Positions 52,763 through 64,000 of a DNA stretch of 64,000 nucleotides are shown here, piece by piece. The DNA comes from Heptranchias perlo (taxonomy: Eukaryota), in assembly GCF_035084215.1 (NCBI RefSeq), contig NC_090365.1:11348001-11412000 (forward strand), in the 5' to 3' direction. The notes below the pieces were generated by a model, which saw only the letters and a program-made list of their open reading frames with translations, ran no database searches and was not told the origin of the DNA. The stretch's first letter is position 1; the number at the start of each line of letters is the position of its first letter. The position numbers and the translations under genes are program-made.

Positions 52763-53032
52763 TTTATTTCTGACTGATCCAACATTCGAGTTTCTCTGAA
52801 CTTGCCGTCTTTCTGCTTTAACACTTCTCTACGTTCCCTTGCTGTGGATGATCTATATTTCCTGCTGTTCCTCCCCACTGTCACAACTATTCACGGACTC
52901 CACGCTCAGCTACGGTCACTGGAGACGAGTGCGAATACAAGTGCTGTTAAAACGAAAATCGGGCCAGTCTCGGGTGAGGTCATTGATTTGGCCACAGTCT
53001 GTACTCCACAGTTGCTCGTCAACATCCTGTGC
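52763..53032 (-). other. Candidate terminal exon of an unidentified transcript
   Basis: Acceptor ctttctccctgctag|. The phase-2 frame reads HRMLTSNCGVQTVAKSMTSPETGPIFVLTALVFALVSSDRS* (stop at 52908-52906). AATAAA at 52768-52763. Confidence 0.3.
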
Positions 53033-53048
53033 CTAGCAGGGAGAAAGC

Positions 53049-56007
53049 TCACCCATTCCAGATAACTGACTCACTCCAGACCACTGACCCATTCCAGATA
53101 ACTGACCCATTCCAGATTACTGACCCATTCCAGATCACTGACCCATTCCAGATCACTGACCCACTCCAGATCACTAACCCATTCCAGATTACTGACCCAT
53201 TCCAGATCACTGACCCACTCCAGATCACTGACCCATTCCAGATCACTGACCCACTCCAGACCACTGACCCATTCCAGATTACTGACCCACTCCAGACCAC
53301 TGACCCTCTCCAGATCACTGACCCACTCCAGATAACTGACCCATTCCAGACCACTGACCCATTCCAGATCACTGACCCACTCCAGATCACTGACCCACTC
53401 CAGATCACTGACCCATTCCAGACCACTGACCCATTCCAGATCACTGACCCACTCCAGATCACTGACCCATTCCAGGTCACTGACCCACTCCAGATCACTG
53501 ACTCACTTCAGATTACTGACCCATTCCAGATTACTGACCCACTCCAGACCACTGACCCACTCCAGATAACTGACCCATTCCAGATCACTGACCCACTCCA
53601 GATCACTGACCCATTCCAGACCACTGACCCATTCCAGATCACTGACCCACTCCAGATCACTGACCCACTCCAGATTACTGACCCATTCCAGGTCACTGAC
53701 CCACTCCAGATCACTGACTCACTCCAGATTACTGACCCATTCCAGATTACTGACCCACTCCAGACCACTGACCCACTCCAGATAACTGACTCATTCCAGA
53801 TTACTGACTCACTCCAGATTACTGACCCACTCCAGATTACTGATTTGCTCCAGATCACTGACCCACTCCAGATTACTGACCCTCTCCAGACCACTGACTC
53901 ACTCCAGATTACCGACTCACTCCAGATCACTGACCCTCTCCAGATTACTGACCCATTCCAGATCACTGACACTCTCCAGATAACTGACTCACACCAGATT
54001 ACTGACCCATTCCAGATAACTGACCATCTCCAGATTACTGACCCACTCAAGATCACTGACCCACTCAAGATTACTGACTCACTCCAGATTACTGACTCAC
54101 TCCAGATCACTGTCCCACTCCAGAACAGAGACCCACTCCAGATTACTGACCCACTCCAGACCACTGTCCCTCTCCAGACCACTGACCCACTCCAGAACAC
54201 AGACCCACTCCAGATTACTGACTCACTCCAGATTACAGACTCACTCCAGAACACAGACCCACTCCAGATTACTGACTCACTCCAGATTACAGACTCACTC
54301 CAGAACACTGACCCACTCCAGATTACTGACCCACTCCAGATTACTGACCCACTCCACATCACTGACTCATTCCAGTTAACTGACCCACTCCAGATCACTG
54401 ACTCACTCCAAATTACTGACCCACTCCAGACAACTGACCCACTCCAGATTACTGACTCACTCCAGATCACTGTCCCACTCTAGAACAGAGACCCACTCCA
54501 GATTAATGACCCACTCCAGACCACTGTCCCTCTTCAGACCACTGACCCACTCCAGAACACAGACCCACTCCAGATCACTGACTCATTCTAGATCACTGAC
54601 CCACTGCAGAACACAGATCCAATCCAGATTACTGATCCACTCCAGACCACTGACCCTCTCCAGATTACTGACCCTCTTCAGACCACTGACTCACTCCAGA
54701 TTACAGACTCACTCCAGAACAAAGACCCACTCAAGATTACTGACTCACTCCACATCACTGACTCATTCCAGATTACTGACCCACTCCAGATCACTGACTC
54801 ACTCCAAATTACTGACCCACTCCAGACAACTGACCCACTCCCGAATACTGACTCACTCCAGATCACTGACCCAATCCAGATCACTGACCCACTCCTGATT
54901 ACTGACTCACTCCAGATCACTGACCCACCCCAGATCACTGACCCACCCCAGATCACTGACCCACTCCAGATTACTGACTCACAACAGATTACTGACACAC
55001 TCCAGATCAGTGACCCACTCCAGATCACTGATTCACTCCAAATTACTTACCCACTCCAGATCACTGACCCACTCCAGATTACTGACCCACTCCAGATCAC
55101 TGACCTACTCCAGATTGCTGACCCACTCCAAATTACTGACCCACCTCAGATTACTGACTCACTCCAGATCACTGACCCACTCCAGATTGCTGACCCACTC
55201 CAGATTACTGACTCACTCCAGATCACTGTCCCACTCCAGATTACTGACCCACTCCAGACCACTGACCCACTCCAGAACACAGACCCACTCCAGATTACTG
55301 ACTCACTCTAGATTACAGACTCACTCCAGAACACAGACCCACTCCAGATTACTGACCCACTCCAGACCACTGACCCTCTCCAGACCACTAACCCACTCCA
55401 GAACACAGACCCACTCTAGATTACTGACTCACTCCAGATTACTGACCCACTCCAGATCACTGACCCACTCCAGATCACTGACCCACTCCAGATCACTGAC
55501 TCACTCCAGATCACTGACTCACTCCAGATTACTGACCCGCTCCAGATCACTGACTCACTCAAGATCACTGACCCTCTCCAGATCACTGACCCACTCCAGA
55601 TTACTGACCCTCTCCAGATTACTGGCTCGCGCCAGATCACTGACCCACTCCAGATCACTGACCCACTCCAGATCACTGACTCACTCCAGATTACTGACCC
55701 ACTCCAGATCACTGACCCACTCCAGATCACTGACCCACTCCAGATTACTGACCCATTCCAGATCACTAACTCACTCCAGATCACTAACTCACTCCAGATC
55801 ACTAACTCACTCCAGATCACTGACTCACTCCAGATCACTGACCCACCCCAGATCACTGACTCACTCCAGATCACTAACTCACTCCAGATCACTAACTCAC
55901 TCCAGATCACTGACTCACTCCAGAACACAAACCCACTCCAGATCACTGACCCACTCCAGATTACTGACCCACCCCAGATCACTGACTCACTCCAGACCAC
56001 TGACCCC
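53049..56007. repeat. 18-bp minisatellite (actgacccactccagatc), ~164 copies, ~3 kb
   Basis: Direct periodicity. The unit is six codons, which gives the ITDPLQ, SGSVIW and SRSLTH ORFs. Confidence 0.98.
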
Positions 56008-56019
56008 TGCTGGAAAGTA

Positions 56020-56021
<2 letters not shown>

Positions 56022-56051
<30 letters not shown>
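56022..56051. repeat. (TG)n microsatellite
   Basis: Directly visible in the sequence. Confidence 0.95.
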
Positions 56052-56053
<2 letters not shown>

Positions 56054-56229
56054 GCCTCCAAAGTTGAATAGCCCACCAACATTCATGTTCGATGCCTTCA
56101 TATCAAGAATGGCTAATTGTTGAGGTACCAGAGGCCAGGTGCCTATAGATCTGTATCCCAGAATGAATCAGGGCCTTCTAGAGAAAAACGGAGAACATTG
56201 GAGGGGAAAAAAACAATAATGTTGGCAAA

Positions 56230-56892
56230 CTCAGCAACGAATTTGTGCATAGTTAGGTCCCACAAACAGCAAATGAGTTGAAAGACCAGTTAAATCTGTT
56301 TTTGAGGGTGTTGGTTGAGCTAGATCAGAATGTTGGTCAGGACTCCAGGAGAGCTCCCTGCTCTTCTTCAAAACAGTGCCATGGGATCTTTTACATCCAC
56401 CTAAACAGGCAGACGAGTTCTCAGTTTAATGTATCATCCAAATGACGGGACCTCTGAAAAATGCAGCGCTCCCTCAATACTGTGTGAACTGGCAGTCTAG
56501 ATCACATGCTCAAACCTTGGAGTGGGGCTTGAACCCATGGCCTTCTGAATCAGAGATATGAATTCCAACATCTTTCGGATAAGACGTTAAACCGAGGCCC
56601 CATCTGCCCTCTTGGGTGGATGGAAAAGATCCCATGGCAACATCACGAAGAAGAACAGGGGAGTTCTCCCAGGTATCCAGGCCAATATTTATCCCTCAAC
56701 TAACATCACTAAAACAGATTATCTGGTCATTATCACATTGCTGTTTGTGGGATCTTGCTGTGCGCAAATTGGCTGCTGCGTTTCCTACATTACAACAGTG
56801 ACCACACTTCAAAAGTACGTAATTGGCTGTAAAGCGCTTTGGGACATCCTGAGGTCGTGAAAGGTGCTATATAAATGCAAACCTTTCTTTTC
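56230..56892. mobile_element. Two DeuSINE pieces head to head (56230-56560 on -, 56572-56892 on +)
   Basis: Deu core motifs in both orientations. Confidence 0.8.
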
Positions 56893-57216
56893 TTACCAAC
56901 TGAGACAAGTTGACATTTAAATTCATACTGAAACTGCGACAACAGTTATCACAAAAATCATTCGTTCACCACACAGATCATACTGAAAAAGCTGAACCAC
57001 TCGCCCCAGTGCTGTTTGTTGTAAATACTGGTATTTTCACAGTAGACTCTGAGATCGGGTTGTGTGCAATCACACCACCAGCCTCTGCTCTCGAGCCTGC
57101 CACCACATTCACCCTGCTCTCCAATACCTCACCCCGGTGGCTGTCTTCGATGCTGGAGTGCTGGCAGGCTGTTTGGCCCCGGGGATGCAGCTAGCAATTT
57201 GGAATTATGAGTCAAC

Positions 57217-57792
57217 CATGGCTCTATAGGTAGCACTCTGACTCTGAGTCAGAAGGTTGTTGGTTTGAGTCCCACTCTAGAGCCTCAAGCACAAAATCCA
57301 GGCCAACACTCCAGTGCAGTGCTGAGGGAGTGCTACAGTGTTAGAGGTGCTGTCTTTCAGGTGAGACTTTAAACTGATGCCCTATCTACCCTCTCAGGAT
57401 GCGATAGAATCGTCCAGCACAGAAGGAGGCCATTCAGCCCACGGTGCCTGTGCTGGCTCTTTGAAAGAACTATCCAATGAGTCCCACTCCCCCAGCTCTT
57501 TCTCCATAGAACTGCAAATTTTGGAGATCACATGACAGTGTTACGAAGCAGAGAGGAGGAGTTCTCCCCGGTGTTCTGGTCAATATTTATCCTGCAATCA
57601 ACATCACTAAAACAGATTGTCTGGTCATTATTTCATTGCTGTTTGTGGGATCTTGCTGTGTGCAAATTGGCTGCTGCGTTCCCTACATTAGGACGGTGAC
57701 TCTGCTTCAAAAGAAGTATTTTATTGGCTGTAAAGCACTTTGGGACGTCCTGAGGTTGTGAAAGGCACCATATAAATTCAAGGTCTTTCTTT
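57217..57792 (+). mobile_element. DeuSINE interrupted by a CR1 tail (57406-57520)
   Basis: SINE head and core, then a CR1 3'UTR on the minus strand, then the SINE resumes. Confidence 0.82.
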
Positions 57793-58100
57793 GTACACCC
57801 TGAGCATTGCCTCTCTCCCCTATGACCAATGCCACTTCCCCTGGCCTAACTTGCCTAAAGATGCTTTCATGTTGGGTTAAGTGCAGAGCTATGGCCACAT
57901 GTTCTCGACCCACGTGCCTTGCGCAGTTAGAAGCAACCCCAAAGTAAAGGGTTGAGGCTGGCAGCTGGAGGGGTCCATTTCACTGGATCTTTCTGGCCTT
58001 CTTCAACCCACCAAGTTTCATCTGGGGTTTGCGGCCAGCTACGTGAGACCTGGGCATCGGGAGCCACTTCTACAAATCTTGTACAATACAAAAGACTCAC

Positions 58101-58217
58101 CGAATGGGCTGTCCGGCAGGTTTCCATGCAGACACCAACTCTTCAGACATTGCCGTCGTGGCCACCCTTTGGGCAAAATGGATATGAATGAGTTGCCCTT
58201 GGAATCCTTCCCCGCCA
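58101..58217 (-). other. Candidate 117-bp internal exon of an unidentified transcript
   Basis: Acceptor ctaacttattccag| with a branch-point-like ctaac, and donor TCG|gtgagt. Length is a multiple of 3, two frames are open, and it lies in non-repetitive sequence. Confidence 0.35.
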
Positions 58218-58260
58218 CTGGAATAAGTTAGATCACAGATGCAAATATTGTGGAGGTGTT

Positions 58261-58865
58261 AGCTGTGGCTCGGTGGGTAGCACTCTTGTCTGATGAGTGA
58301 GAAGATTGTGGGTTCAAATCCCACCCTGGAGACTTGAGCACAAAATCCAGGCTAACACTCCTAGTGCAGTACTGAGGAGAGAGCTACACTGTCAGAGGTG
58401 CCGTCTTCCAGATAAAATATTAAACTGAGGTCCTGGCTGTCCTCTCAAATGGCCGTAAACGATCCTGTTGCACTATTTCAAAGCAGTGCAGGGGAGTTCT
58501 CGCCAATATTTATCCCTCAACCAATATTCACTAAAACAGATTATCTGGAAATTATAACATTGCTGTTTGTGGGACCTTTCTGTGTGTAAATTGGCTGCTG
58601 CATTTTTGACATTGCAACAGTGAACTCCCTTCCTAACAGCACTGTGGGAGAACCTTCACCACACGGACTGCAGCGGTTCAAGAAGGCGGCTCACCACCAC
58701 CTTCTCAAGGGCAATTAGGGATGGGCAATAAATGCCGGCCTCGCCAGTGATGCCCACATCCCATGAACGAATAAAAAAAAACACTTCAAAAGTACTTCAT
58801 TGGCTGTAAAGCGTTTTGGGATGTCCTGAGATCATGAAAGGTACTACACAAATGTAAGTCTTTCC
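58261..58865 (+). mobile_element. DeuSINE interrupted by a HER1-type tail (58623-58780)
   Basis: acagtga|HER1 tail + poly(A)|acacttcaaaagtac. Confidence 0.85.
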
Positions 58866-58931
58866 TTCATATGCCTTCCCACACTTCTGATTTGACCATT
58901 ACAAGAACTTGAACATCTTAATAGTTCTGGA

Positions 58932-59396
58932 AGGAACAAAAGAAATAGGAGCACGAGTAGGCCATTCGGCCCCTCGAGCCTGCTCCACCATTCAATAAGA
59001 TCATGGCTGATCTTTGACCTCAACTCCACTTTCCCGCCTGATCCCCATATCTCTTGATTCCCCTAGAGTCCAAAAATCTATCAATCTCAGCCTTGAATAT
59101 ATTCAACGACTGGGCATCCACAGCCCTCTGGGGTAGAGAATTCCGAAGATTCATAACTCTCCGAATGAAGAAATTCCTCCTCATCTCAGTCCTAAATAGC
59201 CCACTCTTTATCCTGAGACTATGCCCCCTAGTTCTAGACTCTCCTGCCAGGGGAAACAGCCTCTCAGCATCTACCCTGGCAAGCCCCCTCAGAATCTTTC
59301 AATGAGATCACCTCTCATTCTTCTAAACTCCAGAGAGTATAGGCCCATTCTACTCAATCTCTCCTTGTAGGACAACCCTTTCATCCCAGGAATCAA
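58932..59396 (-). mobile_element. CR1 3' fragment
   Basis: Reverse complement of CR1 ORF2 end and 3'UTR. Confidence 0.85.
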
Positions 59397-59919
59397 TTGT
59401 GTTCAGATTCTTCAGCTCTGTCTTGGTCCTTTTCAAGATAAGTGCATCACATTGAGCTTTCTCCTCACTCCTCCTGAGGTTGGTGATTGTGATGGGGTGT
59501 TCCATCCCATGCTTGCCTTCTCTCCTCTGGTACCCTGCCCAAGTGGTCTTTCCTCAGACGTGAGCCAAGTTCTGGTGCCTCAGCGGCACGACCAAGGCCG
59601 ACACTTTCCCCAGATGGCATGTCCACAACGCCACAGCTAAAGTGGGAAGCCTGGATGTCTTTCCCCCCCCCACCCCACCCCCGAGGTGAAATAACTTAAC
59701 ACAATACAGGGATTGAAGTGAGAACCCTCCTGGTCTGTCTGGTTCCACACCAGATAGAGTTGCCAACTCTGGTTGGATGTATTCCAGGAGGTTTCATCCC
59801 ACCACCGCCCACCTCCAACCACCCCGCCCGGCCACCATTGGTCATCCTTGCCTTCCCGCGTCCAATTAGAAAGCGGGCAGCCACTTTGCTATCCGATTGG
59901 ATGATTCTTGACAGTCAGA

Positions 59920-60167
59920 CAACACCACCTGCACATTTCCCTCCAAGTCACACACTATCCCGACTTGGAAATATATCACCGTTCCTTCATCGTCGCTGGG
60001 TCAAAATCCTGGAACTCCCTTCCCAGCAGCACTGTGGGAGAACCTTCACCACACGGACTGCAGCGGTTCAAGAAGGCGGCTCACCACCACCTTCTCAAGG
60101 GCAATTAGGGATGGGCAATAAATGCTGGCCTCGCCAGCGACGCCCAAATCTCATCAACGAATAAAAA
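59920..60167 (+). mobile_element. HER1-type LINE 3' fragment
   Basis: Same tail as 7365-7810. Confidence 0.88.
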
Positions 60168-61008
60168 CAAAGACAGCCTTTTTTTCCCATCTCCAATGTT
60201 TCTATAACAAACAAAAGTGTTCAAAGGAAGTGAAAAATATCACAATTTATTTTAATGCCACTATGATTTTTTTCCTGTGTTTTTGCTGGCGGCAGTGCCC
60301 TGGAGATTAACCTTTAATTCCTGGAGACTCCAGGACAATCCTGGAGGGTTGGCAACCCTAACACTAGATAATGTCATCACCCACTGAGCTATCAGGACAG
60401 TACCCGTTCTGACATTTCTCATGGGGCAAAAATAATTTTGCCGCAGCTCTGGCGGGATGAAGCTCAAATGATTCCAAACAGAGTTCAGCGTTAAATTGAT
60501 GTCCTAACTTCCCTGATATTGCAGAATTGTGTGGTGAAATGTTTGCCAAGTTTTCAACATCTCTGTCGCAAAATAAAAATTGAAAACAAAAATCTATTTT
60601 TATCTATTAGCAAATAGTCTGTGGTAAACTACGCAGCCTTTCTACAGAAGACTGGCCACTTTCAGTGACGTCATCCCACCCAGAATGCATAGGAGTGCAA
60701 AATGCAAAGTCACTTCGACAAGGATATTTGCAAAATATATATTTTTGGTGAATGTTACGCTCAATAAAAGGTGAGGGATGTCCCTGCTGGGAAATGGAAC
60801 TTCTCATACTTTAAGCAGCCCAGTGCCAGTATTGGGTACTCCCAGGTCAGGTAACACACGCCTCAGAAGTCCACTGTACCCCAATAATGTGCTTCCACCC
60901 AACCTTAGAAGAGTTTCCCCCAACTGCACCGTTGTGATATTTTTCCATTTCCCAAATTATCGTGTGTACAAGTGTATAAGAATGGACATTTATGCTCTGG
61001 TTTGGGAA

Positions 61009-61369
61009 AGGGGGGTTGTCTTATATGAGGGTTGTAATCACACGCTTGGGGAGGGGATGTATCTTATATGAGTGTCTTATCCTCCCTAATGGGGAGGGGA
61101 TGCATCTTATATGAGTGTCTTATCCTCCCTAATGGGAAGGGGACACATCTTATATGAGTGTCTTATCCTCCCTAATGGGGAGGGGATGCATCTTATATGA
61201 GTATCATTTCCTTCCTCATGGGGAGGAGATGCATCTTATATGAGTATCATTTCCTTCCTCATGGGGAGGGGCTGCATCTTATATGAGTATCATTTCCTTC
61301 CTCATGGGGAGGGGATGCATCTTATATGAGTTTCATTTCCTTCCTCACGGGGAGGGGATGCATCTTATA
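61009..61369. repeat. 43-bp minisatellite (ggggaggggatgcatcttatatgagtgtcttatcctccctaat), ~8 copies in two variant blocks
   Basis: Direct periodicity. Confidence 0.93.
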
Positions 61370-61370
61370 C

Positions 61371-61420
61371 CCTTCCTCGTGTTTCTTGCCCAGCGGAGAA
61401 ATGTCTCTAAAGTTGGCCAT
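61371..61420 (-). other. Weak candidate first coding exon (MANFRDISPLGKKHEE+GG)
   Basis: Kozak context aggATGG and a TATA-like atatttaaa at 61589-61581. The donor GG|gtataa is weak and overlaps a minisatellite. Confidence 0.15.
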
Positions 61421-62510
61421 CCTTGCAGCAGCAGCACTTTCACTTCTGGATCCCAACTTGCGAACAAGGTTCCTGCTACTGATGTGAAATCGGATCCAGC
61501 CCAGCAGCATGGATTCACGGAGAGGAGAGTTCAAACCAGCAGAGGAAAGGCAGGAGGGAAGACAGGAGGGAGAGCTGCCATTTAAATATCACAACACTGG
61601 AGGAGCAATGGGTAGGAATGAGACGGTTCAAATGATAAAGATCAAAGGAAAAAAATGAATTTGCGGATGCTTTTGTAATGTTGACCTTAAGCTTATACAA
61701 TGGTCATGGACTTTGGGGGAGGTCAACTTATCCATAGTCCTTATACAAAATTATGTAAGATAATTGGCAAACAAGCCCAGCCCTAGTTATCCTGAGAAGG
61801 TGATGGAGTGTATTGTTTGTACTTGCTAGGCCACTTCAGAGGGCAGTGCCAGTAAGCCAGACCAGGTCGGAGTGGGAACTATCCTTTCCTGAAGCAGTGA
61901 ACCAGTTGGGATTTTAACGACAATTTTGCAGTTTTCACGGTCGCTTTTTTTGATTTAATATTTTCTTTCTTGTGCCCATCAGTGCGCTGGAGGACGAAAC
62001 CACGGAAACATAGTGAGTGCTGGACGAAAAAAGACCAAGGTCCATCCAGTTCGCCTTCTAGCGACCTGGTAGTCGCACAATACAACAATAAATGGACTAA
62101 ACCCTTCACATCTCAGGCACCCTGTATCAGCATCAAGCACTCCCAGGTCAGGGACTGCACGACACAGAGAGCAAAGGTTGTTCTTTGCCTCAAAAGTGTA
62201 CCTCAGCCTCAATCTCAGAAAAGCATCACCTTGCATTTCCCACGCAAACCATCTTGGGGCCTCTCTGCATGAGATTGCCACTTATTGCCAAATTAGGGAT
62301 GGTTCTGTGCCATAGGACCATACACCCATAGGGACTGGAGTGTGACTCATTTAGCTTAGGACCCGTGCAGCCAGCAGACAGTGGATGGTGGAGACTTTCC
62401 ACCCATTAGTCCTGGCTGGATTCGAACACACCCCCATGGAGCTGAAACTCACTGCACTAACCAATTCCCCATCGAAATTATATTTTTGTGCTAAGGCAAA
62501 CTTCAAAGTG

Positions 62511-62958
62511 CAGCTATGACTCAGTGGGTAACACTCTCATCTCTGAGTCATAAAGTTGTGGGTTCAGGTCCCAGTCCAGAGATTTGAGCACATAATCTAG
62601 GCTGACAATCCAGCGCAGTACTGAGGGAGTGCTGCACTATCGGAGGTGCCGTCTTTCGGATGAGATGTTAAACCGAGGCTCCGTCTGCCCCCTCAGGTGA
62701 ACTTAAAAGCTCCCATGACACTATTCGAAGAAGAGCAGGGGAGTTCTCCCCGGTGTCCGGGCCAATATTTATCCCTCAACCAAAAACATTAAAACAGATT
62801 ATCTGGTCATTATCTCATTGCTGTTTGTGGGAGCTTGCTGTGCGCAAATTGGCTGCTGCGTTTCCTACATTACAACAGAGACTACACTTCAAAAGTGCTT
62901 CATTGGCTGTAAAGTGCTTTGAAGCTGTGAAAGACACCAGGTAAACACAAGTTCTTTC
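62511..62958 (+). mobile_element. DeuSINE, near full length
   Basis: Head, core and tail all present. Confidence 0.9.
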
Positions 62959-63253
62959 ACACTGATTAACGTTCATACATCTGATGAGCAGGATTTAAGA
63001 TAGTACTTGTGGAAAACAAGTAGCCAGTTGTAAAATGTGCACCTCAAGAGCTTTGCCTGACAATACGACATTTAGGGGATGCCATTTAAACAATTCACAG
63101 CATTATCACAAGAAAGGACCACCAGCATTGAACATCGAAGTGAAAGTGAGAGTGTGATTCACAGTGTTTTTCTGAAGTTGGTGCTGATTTCTCAGCAATT
63201 CAACTTCAGCTAAGCCTGTGAATGTTCGACAAGCCTTCTCTGGCCTGAAGCAT

Positions 63254-63582
63254 CAACAACTTGCATTTATATATTGCCTTTAAGGTAGTGAAACGTCCCA
63301 AGCCGCTTCACAGGAGGGTAATCAGACAAAAATTTGAAACCAAGCCACATAAGGAGATGTTAGGACAGGTGACCCAAAGCTTGGTCAAAGAGGTGGGTTT
63401 TAAGGAGCGTCTTAAAGGAGGAGAGAGAGAGAGGTAGAGAAATTAAAGGACTTAATTTCAGCACTTAGGGCCTAGACAGCTAAAGGCACGGCCGCCAATG
63501 GTGGGGTGAAAGAAATGGGGGATGCACGAGAGGCCAGAACAGAGATCTTGGAGGGGTGTAGGGCTGGAGGAGGTTACACAGA
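63254..63582 (-). mobile_element. L2-type LINE 3' fragment
   Basis: L2 tail. Encodes IGGRAFSCLGPK. Confidence 0.85.
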
Positions 63583-63806
63583 TATTTTGCATCGTATTTT
63601 TCGAGGCTGCATCAGTTAAATGTCTCCACTCCACACGGCTCACAGTCAGACAGTGAGAGAAACTCATTACTGCTCCTTTTATTTCCCAGACCTCAGCATT
63701 TTCTGTCAATAATTGTGGCCTCTCCACATCTTCCCACTGGAATAAGACACCTGAAGAATCCACTGGCAGACTTTACAGGTACAGAAACTGCAGGTACACT
63801 CAACAT

Positions 63807-64000
63807 CTGGGACAGTCAGTCCTGTTATACACACAGTCAGTGCTGGGACTGTCAGTCCTGTGACACACAGTCAGTGCTGGGACTGTCAGTCCTGTGACAC
63901 ACAGTCAGTGCTGGGAGAGTCAGTCCTGTTAGACACACACTCAGTGCTGGGACTGTCAGTCTTGTTACACACAGTCAGTGCTGGGACTGTCAGTCCTGTG
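63807..64000. repeat. ~34-bp minisatellite (ctgggactgtcagtcctgtgacacacagtcagtg), runs off the window end
   Basis: Direct periodicity. Confidence 0.93.

Noticed and set aside
53029..56020. ITDPLQ-repeat protein (484 aa) and antisense SGSVIW ORFs
   Set aside because: An 18-bp minisatellite with scattered stops in the main frame after 54483 and no flanking domain.
47792..58106. Shared 14-mer gactcaccgaatgg at two candidate donors (about 47792 and 58094)
   Set aside because: Several 14-mer matches are expected by chance in 64 kb, and part of the match is splice consensus.
60666..60673. Perfect CRE palindrome TGACGTCA
   Set aside because: A single 8-mer is expected about once per window and has no supporting context.
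30000..64000. RYR1 5' exons, expected head to head with RASGRP4 from human synteny
   Set aside because: No MGDAEGEDEVQFLRT-like or DDEVVLQC-like peptide was seen by eye or in the ORF track.

Overview
Repeat-rich vertebrate genomic DNA, most likely from a shark or other cartilaginous fish. The inference comes from the repeat families: SacSINE1/DeuSINE-like SINEs, HER1-type LINE tails, and L2- and CR1-type LINE fragments. The only confidently recognised coding sequence is one minus-strand exon (116-297) of a RasGRP guanyl-releasing protein, best matching coding exon 2 of RASGRP4. The rest of that gene lies to the left of the window. The remainder is first-intron or upstream DNA. It holds about 20 DeuSINE copies, many decayed LINE fragments with nested insertions, at least eight minisatellites (which produce most of the long ORFs), two inverted duplications, an old direct duplication and an LF-SINE-like relic. 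There is a plausible in-frame first exon for RASGRP4 at 28534-28601, and a speculative three-exon minus-strand unit at about 52.8-61.4 kb whose product I cannot identify. I found no clearly new biological system. Repeat boundaries are approximate and were read by eye.
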